DNA from: Candidatus Bathyarchaeia archaeon
GTDB lineage: Archaea > Thermoproteota > Bathyarchaeia > Bathyarchaeales > Bathycorpusculaceae
Assembly: GCA_050015395.1 (NCBI GenBank)
Contig: JBEKBM010000024.1
Span: 1 to 50,949 of the forward strand
Direction of reading: 5' to 3'
DNA: 50,949 bases
Below are positions 9,377-18,446 of the stretch, in pieces; the stretch's first letter is position 1; the number at the start of each line of letters is the position of its first letter. The notes below the pieces were generated by a model, which was not told where the DNA came from, did not search any database, and was given only the letters and a program-made list of their open reading frames with translations. The position numbers were made by a program, and so were the translations under genes.

Positions 9377-10073
9377 AGTTGAAAAGTTAAATGTGCACCG
9401 TGGGGGATTACAAGTAGTTTGGGATGCCTCCATAAAAGTCGATAAGGGAGAAATAGCAGTTCTAATAGGTGCAAATGGAGCTGGAAAGTCAACTCTTTTA
9501 AGCACCGTAGTGGGCCTTTATAAACCATCGTCTGGTGTCATACGTTTTAATGGCAACGAAATCAATGGACTAGCACCTTACCGTGTAGTAGATTTAGGGA
9601 TATCATTCGTACCTGAAGACAGAAAACTTTTCTCTCATATGGCTGTTCGTGAAAACTTAATATTGGGATCCTATAGCTCTAGGGCTAAGGCTAAAATGAA
9701 GGAGAGCCTTGAAATGGTTTATGAAATCTTTCCGGTGTTGAAGGAAAGGAAGAATCAACTGGCCATGACGCTTAGCGGTGGAGAGCAGAGAATGCTGGCC
9801 ATAGCACGTGGCTTAATGTCAAATCCGGTATTGCTTATTTTAGACGAGCCTTCACAGGGTCTTTCGCCAAAGCTAACCAGCGAAGTGTTCAAGGCGGTAG
9901 AAGAACTTAGGAATCGGGGGCTCAGCGTTTTGCTGGCTGAGCAGAATGTTTATTATGCCTTAAAAGCTTCCGACGAAGCCTATGTAATGGAAACAGGCAG
10001 AATAACTTTGCATGGAGAGAGCAAGGAGCTCTTAAAAAACAAGTATGTTAAGGAGGCATTTCTGGGGCTTTAG
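9369..10073 (+). CDS. livF: Branched-chain amino acid-type ABC transporter ATPase
   Basis: GANGAGKST, VPEDR, LSGGEQRMLA, LDEPS, EQN; ATG at 9369 overlaps the livG stop. Confidence 0.92.
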   Translation: MLEVEKLNVHRGGLQVVWDASIKVDKGEIAVLIGANGAGKSTLLSTVVGLYKPSSGVIRFNGNEINGLAPYRVVDLGISFVPEDRKLFSHMAVRENLILGSYSSRAKAKMKESLEMVYEIFPVLKERKNQLAMTLSGGEQRMLAIARGLMSNPVLLILDEPSQGLSPKLTSEVFKAVEELRNRGLSVLLAEQNVYYALKASDEAYVMETGRITLHGESKELLKNKYVKEAFLGL

Positions 10074-11046
10074 CTTTCTCCTCATTAATCCAAGACCAAA
10101 CTTTTGTTCTTGCCTTTTCAACCATTCCCATTATTCCGTTCGGCATGAGCACGATGATGATTATTAGGATTAACCCTAGAATTATCAGGAAGTAACTACC
10201 TAGAGTCACACTGAGATAATCGCTAAGCGACGTGATGGTTGCTGATCCTATTATTGGGCCTAAAATTGTTCCAGCCCCGCCAAGCAGCGTCATTACAGCA
10301 GGGTACAAAGAGTATGAAAAGTCAAAGGCCATACCTGCATTAACATATGGTAGCCTTATCGCGAAGCATCCGCCCACAAAGCCCATTAACATGGCGCTTA
10401 TGGCGAATCCTAATATTTTATATAAGCCGGTGTTCACGCCTACGTGGGCAGCTGCTTCTTCAGATTCACCTATCATTTTCAATCCAAGACCAAACTTGGA
10501 TCTGCGCAATAGGACCACAAATAAAAGTATCGCACTAGCGCATATTAACATCGTGTAATATATAGCTTGAGCGTTGAAGAAAACGGGGATAATTGTCCCG
10601 AGGGTGCCCGTTACCGCTGCTTCATACCATGAGATGAGGTTCATTGCTACCTGACTGATGGCGAAAGTGAGTATCACAAAATATATTCCCTTTAATCTCA
10701 GAGTAACAACGCCGATAGCCAGCGCCAATACAAAATTTACTAGACCTGCTAAAAGCACAACGACCGGAAAAGGTAAGATAGGGTAATGACCCGTTCCGAC
10801 GCTAAGATACAAGTATTTAGCGGCAAAATACAGTCCTACTCCGAAAAAAGCCGCAGACCCCAAGGAAATGTAGTTTGTGGAACCTGAGAAGAATTGCCAA
10901 CTTATTGAGAGTGCCAACCACACGAGAATATCTGTTAAAATCGATAAATAGTAAGCTGTTGCAAAGAGTGGAGCAGCCACCAACATTACAAGAATTAGCA
11001 CAATAGGAAGAGTTATTGTTAGGTTTACGCCTTTGCCCCTTAGCAT
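10048..11046 (-). CDS. livM: Branched-chain amino acid-type ABC permease
   Basis: Multi-TM protein; ISLGSAAFFGVG, RLKGIYFVILT, GESEEAA, LLGGAGT, PNGIMG. Confidence 0.9.
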   Translation of the reverse strand: MLRGKGVNLTITLPIVLILVMLVAAPLFATAYYLSILTDILVWLALSISWQFFSGSTNYISLGSAAFFGVGLYFAAKYLYLSVGTGHYPILPFPVVVLLAGLVNFVLALAIGVVTLRLKGIYFVILTFAISQVAMNLISWYEAAVTGTLGTIIPVFFNAQAIYYTMLICASAILLFVVLLRRSKFGLGLKMIGESEEAAAHVGVNTGLYKILGFAISAMLMGFVGGCFAIRLPYVNAGMAFDFSYSLYPAVMTLLGGAGTILGPIIGSATITSLSDYLSVTLGSYFLIILGLILIIIIVLMPNGIMGMVEKARTKVWSWINEEKAKAPEMPP

Positions 11047-11048
11047 AG

Positions 11049-11933
11049 TTATCTCCCGAAAAATCCCTTAGGTCTTATTATTAACACGATTATTATGAAG
11101 GAGTATACAACTGCTAACGTTATTAGGGGATTTACAACCAGTGAAATATAATAAACATATCCTATAAAAAATCCACCAAGCAAGCTTCCGATAAAACTTC
11201 CCATACCACCTACAATGATGACCGCTAAAGCGATACAAGTGTACTGCGGCCCTATATAGGGAGTTATGTTTGAGTAGATCATGACCAACATTGAACCAGC
11301 TAAAGCGGCAAACAGAGCGCCTATGCCAAAGGATACTGCGTGAATCTTGAAAATGTTGATTCCAACTAGTTGAGCGCCTGCTGGCTCTTCAGCTATAGCT
11401 CTCATGGCTAAGCCTATGCTGGCGAAACGCAGCACCAAGTACATAACTAAGCTAATACATACGGACATAACCGCAGCCACTATCATATTCACCTGGAACA
11501 TTCCCCCTAAGATATTTACGCTTACGTTGAGATAAGAAGCCCCTATAGGGGTTCCGCCGAATATAGCTCCAATTACGTTCTCAATTATGAATGGAAGGGC
11601 GAAACATGCTAAAAGCGACCTGGTTTCAAGCTCCTCCGTGGATTTTGACAAATGAACTATTCTACGAAAAACCGTCATCTGAAGTAGAATGCCCAAGCCA
11701 AAAACTATGGGCCCGCTTATCGCAAGAGAAACAAGAGGGTTGACGCCATAAACACTGAAGAAAAAAAATGTCACGTAAGCCCCAACCATGAGAAAGTCCC
11801 CAATAGCTATATTCAGTATTCGACAAACCCCATATTGGAGGTTTAGACCAACGGCAATAAGTGAAAATATGGCACCTAAAATCGCGCCTCCGATAACTAC
11901 GCTTATCACAATCAAAAAAAAGGAGGAGATCAC
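11049..11933 (-). CDS. livH: Branched-chain amino acid-type ABC permease
   Basis: Multi-TM protein; SLIAVGLNLQYG, GLAMRAIA, GGMGSF, RPKGFFG. Confidence 0.9.
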   Translation of the reverse strand: MISSFFLIVISVVIGGAILGAIFSLIAVGLNLQYGVCRILNIAIGDFLMVGAYVTFFFFSVYGVNPLVSLAISGPIVFGLGILLQMTVFRRIVHLSKSTEELETRSLLACFALPFIIENVIGAIFGGTPIGASYLNVSVNILGGMFQVNMIVAAVMSVCISLVMYLVLRFASIGLAMRAIAEEPAGAQLVGINIFKIHAVSFGIGALFAALAGSMLVMIYSNITPYIGPQYTCIALAVIIVGGMGSFIGSLLGGFFIGYVYYISLVVNPLITLAVVYSFIIIVLIIRPKGFFGR

Positions 11934-11945
11934 TACTTTATCCCT

Positions 11946-11959
11946 TTAGCGCGCGCTAA
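11946..11959. repeat. Perfect 14-bp palindrome TTAGCGCGCGCTAA in the livK-livH spacer
   Basis: Read directly from the sequence. Confidence 0.8.
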
Positions 11960-11961
11960 GA

Positions 11962-13245
11962 TCACCATGCGGGCTTCGGATAGATTATAGTTGCCGACGC
12001 AGCGCTCAGCGGCCAAACGACTTGCATCAGTTCTTGGCCTTGCCACTGACATATAGTTCCATTCGCGAGTGAGCATTGCATGCTAGAGCCTTGGACGAGA
12101 TGAGTCGCACCTACTATGGTGGTGAAGGTATCCGTTGCAAGTGCATTTCTTAGCGCTACATGGTTTAGGCCAACCTTATTGACTGCAGCGAAGAGTATTT
12201 GAAGGGCGGCGTAGAACACAGCTGCGGCAGGGAATGGCCACATGCCAGTTAGTTTAGCCTCGGAAGCAGCCCAAGCCGCTAGCGCCGGAGTGGTGTAAGC
12301 TGTTGCTGGCCAACCATCGTATTGCATTAACCCTATGAGGTCTGTCTTTGTAAATCCAAAGGGACCGTATACCAATCCTGGGCATTCCATACCAGGACCA
12401 TTGAATATGAGCTTTGGATTGTAATGTTCTGCTATGCATTGCGCTGTAAATAAGTTGCCCTCATAACCGCAATTTACTACGACATCGGGATTTGCCGCTT
12501 TGAGATCGTTTATTATTGGAGTGTAATCAGCGATGGTTGATGGGTAAGTCTCGTGAACTGGAATACTGAATCCTGCCAAGTTAAGAGCGCTGTATATAGC
12601 TCCACCGTACTCTACGCCATGCTGGCCATCATCGTTGATGATTGCCACACTGTTACATTGTCCCGGATCAACAGTTTTGTTTATGTATTGGAGGATTGTA
12701 AGCACCTGCTCGCCTGTTTGACTTGGAAGTCCAAGCACGCTGAAGCAATATGATAATTCGCCATTCGTCATTTCGTTAGCTGCTATGTCTGAGCCAAACG
12801 TTGTAGCAATCACTGGAAAATGGTACTCTTGGTAAATTGGGAAGACCGCATAATTGAAGGCTGTGCTAACCGATGGAAAGATAAGATCAACTTTGTCAAC
12901 CGTTATGAGCTTCTCAGTCAAAGATATTGTATTACTAACGACACTCTGATCGTCGTATTCTATATACTTAAGGGGCAACTTCTTACCAGCATCCGGATCG
13001 TACAGGCCGCCCTGTGCATTAGTGGTATTAATGATCTGCTTGTAGTAGACGTCAAACATGGCAGTTTGAGGCGCGAGGACCCCAGTAATGCTATGCACCC
13101 AACCGACAGTTATTGAAGTCTTAGACGTAGAAGGGGCTTTACTGACCAGAAAATAATAGGAGGCCCCGCCTACCACAGCTGCAATAATTATTACCGCAAT
13201 GATTATTACTGTTTGCAATCTAGTGACAGCTTTCATATCCAACAT
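11962..13245 (-). CDS. Membrane-anchored type I periplasmic-binding-fold substrate-binding protein (LivK-like)
   Basis: N-terminal TM anchor, YDDQS, EKLITVDKVD, QWQG...VVWP...YPKPAW C-terminus; sits upstream of livHM. Confidence 0.85.
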   Translation of the reverse strand: MLDMKAVTRLQTVIIIAVIIIAAVVGGASYYFLVSKAPSTSKTSITVGWVHSITGVLAPQTAMFDVYYKQIINTTNAQGGLYDPDAGKKLPLKYIEYDDQSVVSNTISLTEKLITVDKVDLIFPSVSTAFNYAVFPIYQEYHFPVIATTFGSDIAANEMTNGELSYCFSVLGLPSQTGEQVLTILQYINKTVDPGQCNSVAIINDDGQHGVEYGGAIYSALNLAGFSIPVHETYPSTIADYTPIINDLKAANPDVVVNCGYEGNLFTAQCIAEHYNPKLIFNGPGMECPGLVYGPFGFTKTDLIGLMQYDGWPATAYTTPALAAWAASEAKLTGMWPFPAAAVFYAALQILFAAVNKVGLNHVALRNALATDTFTTIVGATHLVQGSSMQCSLANGTICQWQGQELMQVVWPLSAASATIIYPKPAW

Positions 13246-13247
13246 AA

Positions 13248-13282
13248 TTTATTCGTCTCCGAACTTTTATTCGTCTCCGAAC
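13248..13282. repeat. Tandem duplication (18-bp period) of TTTATTCGTCTCCGAAC upstream of the livK start
   Basis: Copies at 13248-13264 and 13266-13282; contains GGAG on the minus strand. Confidence 0.85.
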
Positions 13283-13325
13283 CCTATTTCTCCGCGCACT
13301 TACTATTTAAAACTTGCGCTAACGC

Positions 13326-13457
13326 GGCTGTGTCTCTAAATTGTTTCAAAACTGTGGTTTTTGTCTCTAAATCACAGAATTCGTGAAGAATGACTGAAGC
13401 TGAACCATCTTAAATTGATGAATTTGAACAAACACAACCGAATTTGGAGACAGAGTC
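13326..13457. mobile_element. 132-bp MITE, copy 1
   Basis: Ends GGCTGTGTCTCTAAATT...AATTTGGAGACAGAGTC; near-identical to 27881-28012; flanks gctaacgc / gctaaccgc resemble a degenerate target duplication. Confidence 0.88.
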
Positions 13458-13499
13458 GCTAACCGCGAAAAAAAAGCTTTAGAACCCAAAAAGCAAAAC

Positions 13500-13790
13500 T
13501 TCAGTTATAATGAAACCACAGGCGAGATAATATGGAAAAGCACATTATTCGACCATGTTGGAAAACTCTTCACTGATAGAATTCCCATTAACGGAACCGA
13601 CGCTGATTACTTGGAAATTAAAAACGAGGGCACCAGTCCGTCAACATTTCAGGCAATGTAAGAAAAATAGGAAATATAAGGAAAACAGTTTATCCTTGCT
13701 CTGGACTTGGAGGCCTAATGATGCTACTTGGTTTGACACGCTGATATGTGGAATAACACTCAAGCCTTAGAAAAGTCATTAGATGAAAAA
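13500..13790 (+). pseudogene. Frameshifted paralog of the membrane protein at 33284..33910
   Basis: SYNETTGEIIWKSTLFDHVGKLFTDRIPINGTDADYLEIKNEGTSP/VNISGNVRKIGNIRKTVYP aligns with IYNNVTGGESWTNLLFNQNGTRFTQEVAIAGTNASFLEIINNETTPVNISGNVTKLGNINQTVYP. Confidence 0.8.
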
Positions 13791-14040
13791 ACTGGTATTA
13801 AAAGAACACCCTAGAGTTAAATTGTAGCTTCCACTCCTATGCCTAGAATTTCATCAGGGCATAATTATAAAGTGGGCATTTGTTTTGTCAATGAGTAATA
13901 GTTAACTTCATACAAGATTTTCGATAAACCGCAAGATGCATCTCCTCTATTTACATAGGCTTACTGCGAAAGCACAACGTCGCAAGTCAACAAATCTTAT
14001 ATACAGAGGATAACCACTACGATTTCCAGGAGGACAGCAG

Positions 14041-15204
14041 ATGTGGGAAATCACCGTTCCCCGAAAAATAGTTGCAGGAGAAGGAGCTTTAGAATATTTA
14101 AAGCAGGTCGAGGGGAATCGAGCTTTAATAGTCACGGGAAAAACTGTTAAGAAGATGGGTTTTGCAGATAAGGTTACAAATTATCTGAAAGAGGCTAAAA
14201 TAGGGTCAGAAGTTTTGGAGGTTGAACCTGAGCCATCAGTTGAAACGGTGATAAAAGGGGCAGAAGTTGCTAGAAGCTATGGGCCAGATCTCATTGTAGG
14301 GGTTGGTGGAGGAAGCAACATAGACGCGGCAAAGGCTATCTGGGTGCTTTACGAAAGACCGGACTTAGAAGTAGGGTCCATAAACCCCTTCATAAAGCTT
14401 GGATTGAGAAAGAAGGCAAGGTTGATCGGTATACCGACAACAAGCGGGTCAGGCTCGGAAGCAACCTGGGCAACTGTGATAACTAACCCGGCGGAAGAGA
14501 GGAAAATGGAACTGGCCAATAGAGAGCTTGTTCCAGACATAGCCATAGTAGACCCTGAACTCCCAAGGGCGATGCCTCGAAAACTCGTAGCAGAGACAGG
14601 CTTTGACGCCTTAACCCACGCCGTAGAAGCCTACGTTGCCACCGTAGGAAACGACTTTTCAGACGCCCTAGCAATTAAGACCATACAGCTAGTTTTCAAA
14701 TATCTCCGAAGATCCTACGGAAATCTCGAGGACATTGAAGCGAAAACGAAAATGCATATGGCAGCAACGATGGGGGGCATGGCATTTAGCAACTCTGATG
14801 TAGCTATAGTTCACGCCTTGGGCCATGTTACTGGCGGAGTGCTTCACGTACCCCACGGAAGAGCAATGGCTATTATCTTGCCGTACTCGGTTGAATATAA
14901 CGCTAAAGTAGCCATGCAAAAGTATGCTGAAATCGCCAAAGCAGTCGGCATCGAAGCTAAGACAGATAATAAAGCTTTGGAGAAGTTTGTGGAAGCCCTC
15001 AGGCAGCTTCAACGTGAACTTGAAGAGCCAGCTTCATTGAAGGAAGCAGGAATACCCCAGGAGGAATTCGAAAAGAAACTAGACGATTTAGCCAGTAAGG
15101 TCATCAAATCTGTAGTTCTACGAGCAAACCCGAGACCCTTAAACCTAGAAGAAGCCAGAAAACTTTTTACCTACATATATGAGGGAAAGAAAGTCGACTT
15201 CTAA
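14041..15204 (+). CDS. Iron-containing alcohol dehydrogenase
   Basis: GGGSNIDAAK, IPTTSGSGSE, DALTHAVE, HALGH and PHG motifs. Confidence 0.93.
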   Translation: MWEITVPRKIVAGEGALEYLKQVEGNRALIVTGKTVKKMGFADKVTNYLKEAKIGSEVLEVEPEPSVETVIKGAEVARSYGPDLIVGVGGGSNIDAAKAIWVLYERPDLEVGSINPFIKLGLRKKARLIGIPTTSGSGSEATWATVITNPAEERKMELANRELVPDIAIVDPELPRAMPRKLVAETGFDALTHAVEAYVATVGNDFSDALAIKTIQLVFKYLRRSYGNLEDIEAKTKMHMAATMGGMAFSNSDVAIVHALGHVTGGVLHVPHGRAMAIILPYSVEYNAKVAMQKYAEIAKAVGIEAKTDNKALEKFVEALRQLQRELEEPASLKEAGIPQEEFEKKLDDLASKVIKSVVLRANPRPLNLEEARKLFTYIYEGKKVDF

Positions 15205-15371
15205 GCACTAAAAGTCCACACCGACTTCAAGATAACTTGAATTAAGCTCCATTCTTTTTAATTTTTCGTCTTTAAATCCCAGCGTTAGCCCTTGACGTCT
15301 ACCTTCATGCATTAAACCTTTTAAACCATCTAACGATAGATCCCAAACTATATTATTAAAAATAGAATAGA

Positions 15372-16781
15372 TTATGGGATTCTAATCGGAGTTGCTTTCC
15401 AGAAATATCCGTACATGCCGTCTTCGCGCCATAGATTGAGTCTTCTGAAAGTCAACTCGACCGGCAGGTCTATTTTCAACTCGCCCTGCTCTACGTCGGT
15501 TAACTCCACGAAAACTCTGCCCCCTCCCTCAAGGTTAACTAAGCCTATAGGCACGTCTCCTCTTATGAATTCAAAGGAGTATGAGAAAAGCTTCCCTTTT
15601 CTACTGTAGAGCCTAACCTCTTCGAAGTCATCCTTGGCGCGGCATTTGATACAGACGCGTTGAGGGGGATACTGAATAGTACCGCACACCCTACATTTTA
15701 CTCCGTGTAATGAGTATATGCGTTTGCGATCCCTCCATATGGCGGTGGCTGTTGGATAAGATACAGACATGGGAACACGCGGGCTAGGCGTTTGGACAAG
15801 TTTACGCCACATGAGATAGGTAACGTAATTGGGCACCATCATCTTCCTTTCCAGATGCGTTTTGACTCCCCGCCTTTTGCCCTTAATTTCATTTATGTCC
15901 TCCCTAACCCTGAACAGGAAAGCGTCGCATCCGTTACCGTAGCCAGCCAATAGGAATCTATCATCCAGATTGGCTTCTTCAAGCGCCGCCGTAAACAGCA
16001 TTAGAGGCTGGGCTGTGCCTGTATCCCCGACTTTGTCAGTTAACGGGTCCTGAAGTTGAGTTTTCGGGTCAAATCCTAAATTTTTAGCTAGAGATACCAC
16101 TCTTTGCGTCTCCGGAGTGGATAAAACTGCCTTTTTCACGTCTTTTGACTCTACTCCCGCCTTTTTCATCAGACCGGAAACCGCCTCGTTAACAGCCATC
16201 TGATAACCATAGGAATAGATGAATCGATCCTCCCAAGAGTTAACGTACAAGTCTACATCCCTTCGCCACACATCATATATTTCGTCTGAAATGGAATGCT
16301 CTTCCTCCAATTCAGCGATCAGATTCTCTTTTCCTACAAGAAGGGCGGCCGCACCATCGCCGAAGGTCCGTTCAAAAGATGATCTAGGAGCCCCTAAACG
16401 GCAGTCCGCCGCCGTGACAAGTATTTGCCTTGCTGCTCCGGCTTTAACCATGCCGAGCGCGGCTTTCAGAGCGCTTGTCCCAGCCCTGATTGAATTGGCA
16501 AAATCCGCCGTAAAAACATCACGGCGAAAATCCAGAACTGCAGCAATAGTGCTGGCTACACATTTCTCCTTAAATGGAGATGTCGTTGAAGCAAATAACA
16601 CGCCATCAATGTTCTCACGATCGAGGTCGCCCAAGCAGTCTATGGCTGCGGCAACAGCCATTGTCAAGCTGTCTTCATCCTCGCCAGCCACGGATCTCTC
16701 GCCTGAAACTCCCCTGCCCAATAACTCTCGGTTCATTCTCCATATTGGAATATAAGCACCATAAGAGACTATCCCAACCAT
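15372..16781 (-). CDS. HMG-CoA-synthase/FabH-like domain lacking the catalytic Cys, fused to a C-terminal DUF35 Zn-ribbon/OB-fold
   Basis: GIVSYGAYIP, DEDSLTMA, GDGAAA, GYGNG; ANSIRAG at the position where HMGS has ACxAG; C-terminal CRVCG..YPPQRVCIKC and VELTFRR...YFWKATP. Confidence 0.82.
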   Translation of the reverse strand: MVGIVSYGAYIPIWRMNRELLGRGVSGERSVAGEDEDSLTMAVAAAIDCLGDLDRENIDGVLFASTTSPFKEKCVASTIAAVLDFRRDVFTADFANSIRAGTSALKAALGMVKAGAARQILVTAADCRLGAPRSSFERTFGDGAAALLVGKENLIAELEEEHSISDEIYDVWRRDVDLYVNSWEDRFIYSYGYQMAVNEAVSGLMKKAGVESKDVKKAVLSTPETQRVVSLAKNLGFDPKTQLQDPLTDKVGDTGTAQPLMLFTAALEEANLDDRFLLAGYGNGCDAFLFRVREDINEIKGKRRGVKTHLERKMMVPNYVTYLMWRKLVQTPSPRVPMSVSYPTATAIWRDRKRIYSLHGVKCRVCGTIQYPPQRVCIKCRAKDDFEEVRLYSRKGKLFSYSFEFIRGDVPIGLVNLEGGGRVFVELTDVEQGELKIDLPVELTFRRLNLWREDGMYGYFWKATPIRIP

Positions 16782-16782
16782 T

Positions 16783-17976
16783 TTACGCCCCCCTTAACCC
16801 AAGTATGGCCACAGCGGCTGTATGAGAGTCGATTGGAGTGCCGGCACATGTATGTGTAAGTCCCATCTGATTTCTTATCTCAACCTGACGCTGACCTGCT
16901 TTGCCCTGAAGCTGCTTGTAAACTTCATATATCATCCTAACTCCGCTGGCTCCAAGCGGGTGCCCGAAGCACTTAAGTCCGCCGTCAGTGTTGACTGGCA
17001 GTTCACCTTTTAACTCGAAGGTTCCAGCCTCCACACCTTCTCTTGCCCTACCTCTTGGAATGAAGCCCAAGTCCTCATAAATCACAAGTTCATGGATTGT
17101 AAAGCAGTCGTGTACCTCGGCCAAGTCTATCCCCTTCCTCGGATCTTTAATCCCAGCTTCGGCATAAGCCATTCTGGAGGCCCTAACGGTTTCTTCAACG
17201 TGTACAAAGGGCCAATCGTCCATAACCTGACCTTGATACATGCCAGATGCCATGCCAACTCCCTTAACGAGCACATAATCATCCCTGTAGTTTTTTGCCA
17301 GATCTGCACGGGTGAGTATAGCAGCCGCGGCGCCATCAGCTATTCCGCAACAATCATAAAGTCCGAGGGGCCACGCGACCGCAGGTGCATTCAAGGCTTC
17401 TTCAAGGGTTATCCTACGCTGAAACTGAGCCTTAGGTGATAAAGAGCCGTTAAAGTGGTTTTTAACTGCTATCTTAGCTAGGATTCTTCTACCTTCTTCG
17501 ACAGGGATGCCGTAATGATGGAAATATCTTAGGGCAAACATTGCCCAAGCAGTTGCAGGTAGAAAGCCGGTGTCCACCCTGCTAGTGTAGAGTTGCGTGG
17601 GGTTATAGTCACCTGGGATTGGCAGCCCCGTGTCCTTTAGTTTTTCAACACCGCATACTAGCACAAGATCAAAGGCGCCGCATGCCACAGCATAACAGGC
17701 ATTAATGAAAGCGTCATGGCCACTAGCACATCTGTTTTCAACCCTCGTTATTGGGATGAAGCCTATCTTAAGAGGATAGGCTAGAGTGCGACCAAGCTCT
17801 CCACTCCATGCAGTGCCAAGCCATGCAGCTTGAATGTCTTTCGGTTTTAATCCAGCATCCTCAAAGGATTCATAACAAGCCTCTATAATCAAGTCTCCAA
17901 CGCTTTTATCCCACCGCTCGCCGAACTTTGTGCATCCCATACCTATTATGGCAACTTTGTCCCTGACACCTGGCAT
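16783..17976 (-). CDS. Thiolase (SCP2/archaeal-type acetyl-CoA acyltransferase)
   Basis: VAIIGMGCTKFGE, VENRCASG, EVHDCF, NTDGGLK.FGHPLGASG. Confidence 0.92.
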   Translation of the reverse strand: MPGVRDKVAIIGMGCTKFGERWDKSVGDLIIEACYESFEDAGLKPKDIQAAWLGTAWSGELGRTLAYPLKIGFIPITRVENRCASGHDAFINACYAVACGAFDLVLVCGVEKLKDTGLPIPGDYNPTQLYTSRVDTGFLPATAWAMFALRYFHHYGIPVEEGRRILAKIAVKNHFNGSLSPKAQFQRRITLEEALNAPAVAWPLGLYDCCGIADGAAAAILTRADLAKNYRDDYVLVKGVGMASGMYQGQVMDDWPFVHVEETVRASRMAYAEAGIKDPRKGIDLAEVHDCFTIHELVIYEDLGFIPRGRAREGVEAGTFELKGELPVNTDGGLKCFGHPLGASGVRMIYEVYKQLQGKAGQRQVEIRNQMGLTHTCAGTPIDSHTAAVAILGLRGA

Positions 17977-18446
17977 ATATACACCTCGTCTTACCTCAAA
18001 TGAATCAGAGCTGTAATTTAAATTTTATCAATCATCCCTGTAATCTCGTCCAATTCTTTGAAGAGTTCAAAGAGCTCTTCAGTCCTCTCCTTTGCAACCT
18101 TAAAGTTCTCGGGCGTTAGCGTGGAGAGGTATTTTAAACAGCAATACACGTTTAATGGGAGCTTTGAAACTCTGTCAGCGAGCTGATCTTGTACTCGAAG
18201 TTCAAAGGTCAAACTGCACCTGTTAGAACCACATGGCCCCTGCTAGCCGACCATTCAGAGGGAAGAAAGGAGGAACACAAGTATGAATAGAACCTTGGTT
18301 TTCCGCGTTGCCCATGTGTGGGAAGGGAAAGCTAAGTTACCTTCTCATAGGCGCGCTAATTAATGAATACTTATGCGCGCTTTCTTTTATCAATAACTTT
18401 TATTAGCTCTTCATGTTTATTAATAGAAACTGATTATAGGTGACAA

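Noticed and set aside
15372-16781. Functional HMG-CoA synthase (mevalonate pathway)
   Set aside because: The catalytic Cys motif is absent and the protein is fused to DUF35
18018-18212. 64-aa minus-strand ORF upstream of the thiolase
   Set aside because: It may be a gene tail, but I could not recognise any family or a convincing start
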